In this document: positions 63,901 through 64,000 of the stretch, one piece after another | How positions within the stretch are numbered: the stretch's first letter is position 1 | Layout: each line of letters begins with the position of its first letter | Source of the DNA: Podarcis bocagei | Taxonomy: Eukaryota | Length of the DNA stretch: 64,000 bases | Strand: one strand, 5' to 3' | NCBI GenBank assembly: GCA_964188305.1 | Contig: OZ076886.1 | The notes under the pieces: model-generated | The model's database searches: none | What the model saw: only the letters and a program-made list of their open reading frames with translations | Told to the model about the DNA's origin: nothing | Made by a program: the position numbers and the translations under genes

Positions 63901-64000
63901 CTAGTGCAGTGATGCACAGTTGTAAAGTAGTAGATGCCCTTATAATAAAACTGCTGTTGTTTTATATACCGGTTTGTAGCTTACTGGAAATTATTGTTCT

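Noticed and set aside
1-64000. CRISPR arrays, operons or other prokaryote-type systems; a second host gene on the minus strand
   Set aside because: No regularly spaced repeats. Minus-strand ORFs are antisense to exons, repeats or low-complexity DNA, with no exon chain.

Overview
Vertebrate genomic DNA, probably from a squamate (lacertid-type lizard, inferred from a full-length Sauria SINE and tRNA/CR1-tail SINEs). The window holds the 3' two-thirds of a WNK-family kinase gene on the + strand, best matching WNK2. The kinase-domain exons lie upstream of the window. About 20 GT-AG exons can be chained in frame from 3645 to a stop at 51069. They encode the Pro/Gln-rich region, the CCT-like domain ([31 protein letters not shown]), the KRWFII and GRFSV motifs, the C-terminal coiled coil and the [14 protein letters not shown] motif. 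Introns carry SINEs, LINE fragments, Tc1/mariner- and hAT-type MITEs, LTR-like remnants, microsatellites and one 130-N assembly gap. The most interesting signals concern splicing: (1) a long open exon at the position equivalent to the WNK1 HSN2 exon; (2) a 12-nt SRRM4-type microexon candidate and a 27-nt candidate; (3) two alternative C-termini; (4) a phase conflict at the end of the large exon at 20253-21417; (5) an inverted MITE pair flanking a frame-symmetric exon block, a possible circRNA. No prokaryote-type system is present. All homology statements rest on recalled protein sequences, not on database searches.
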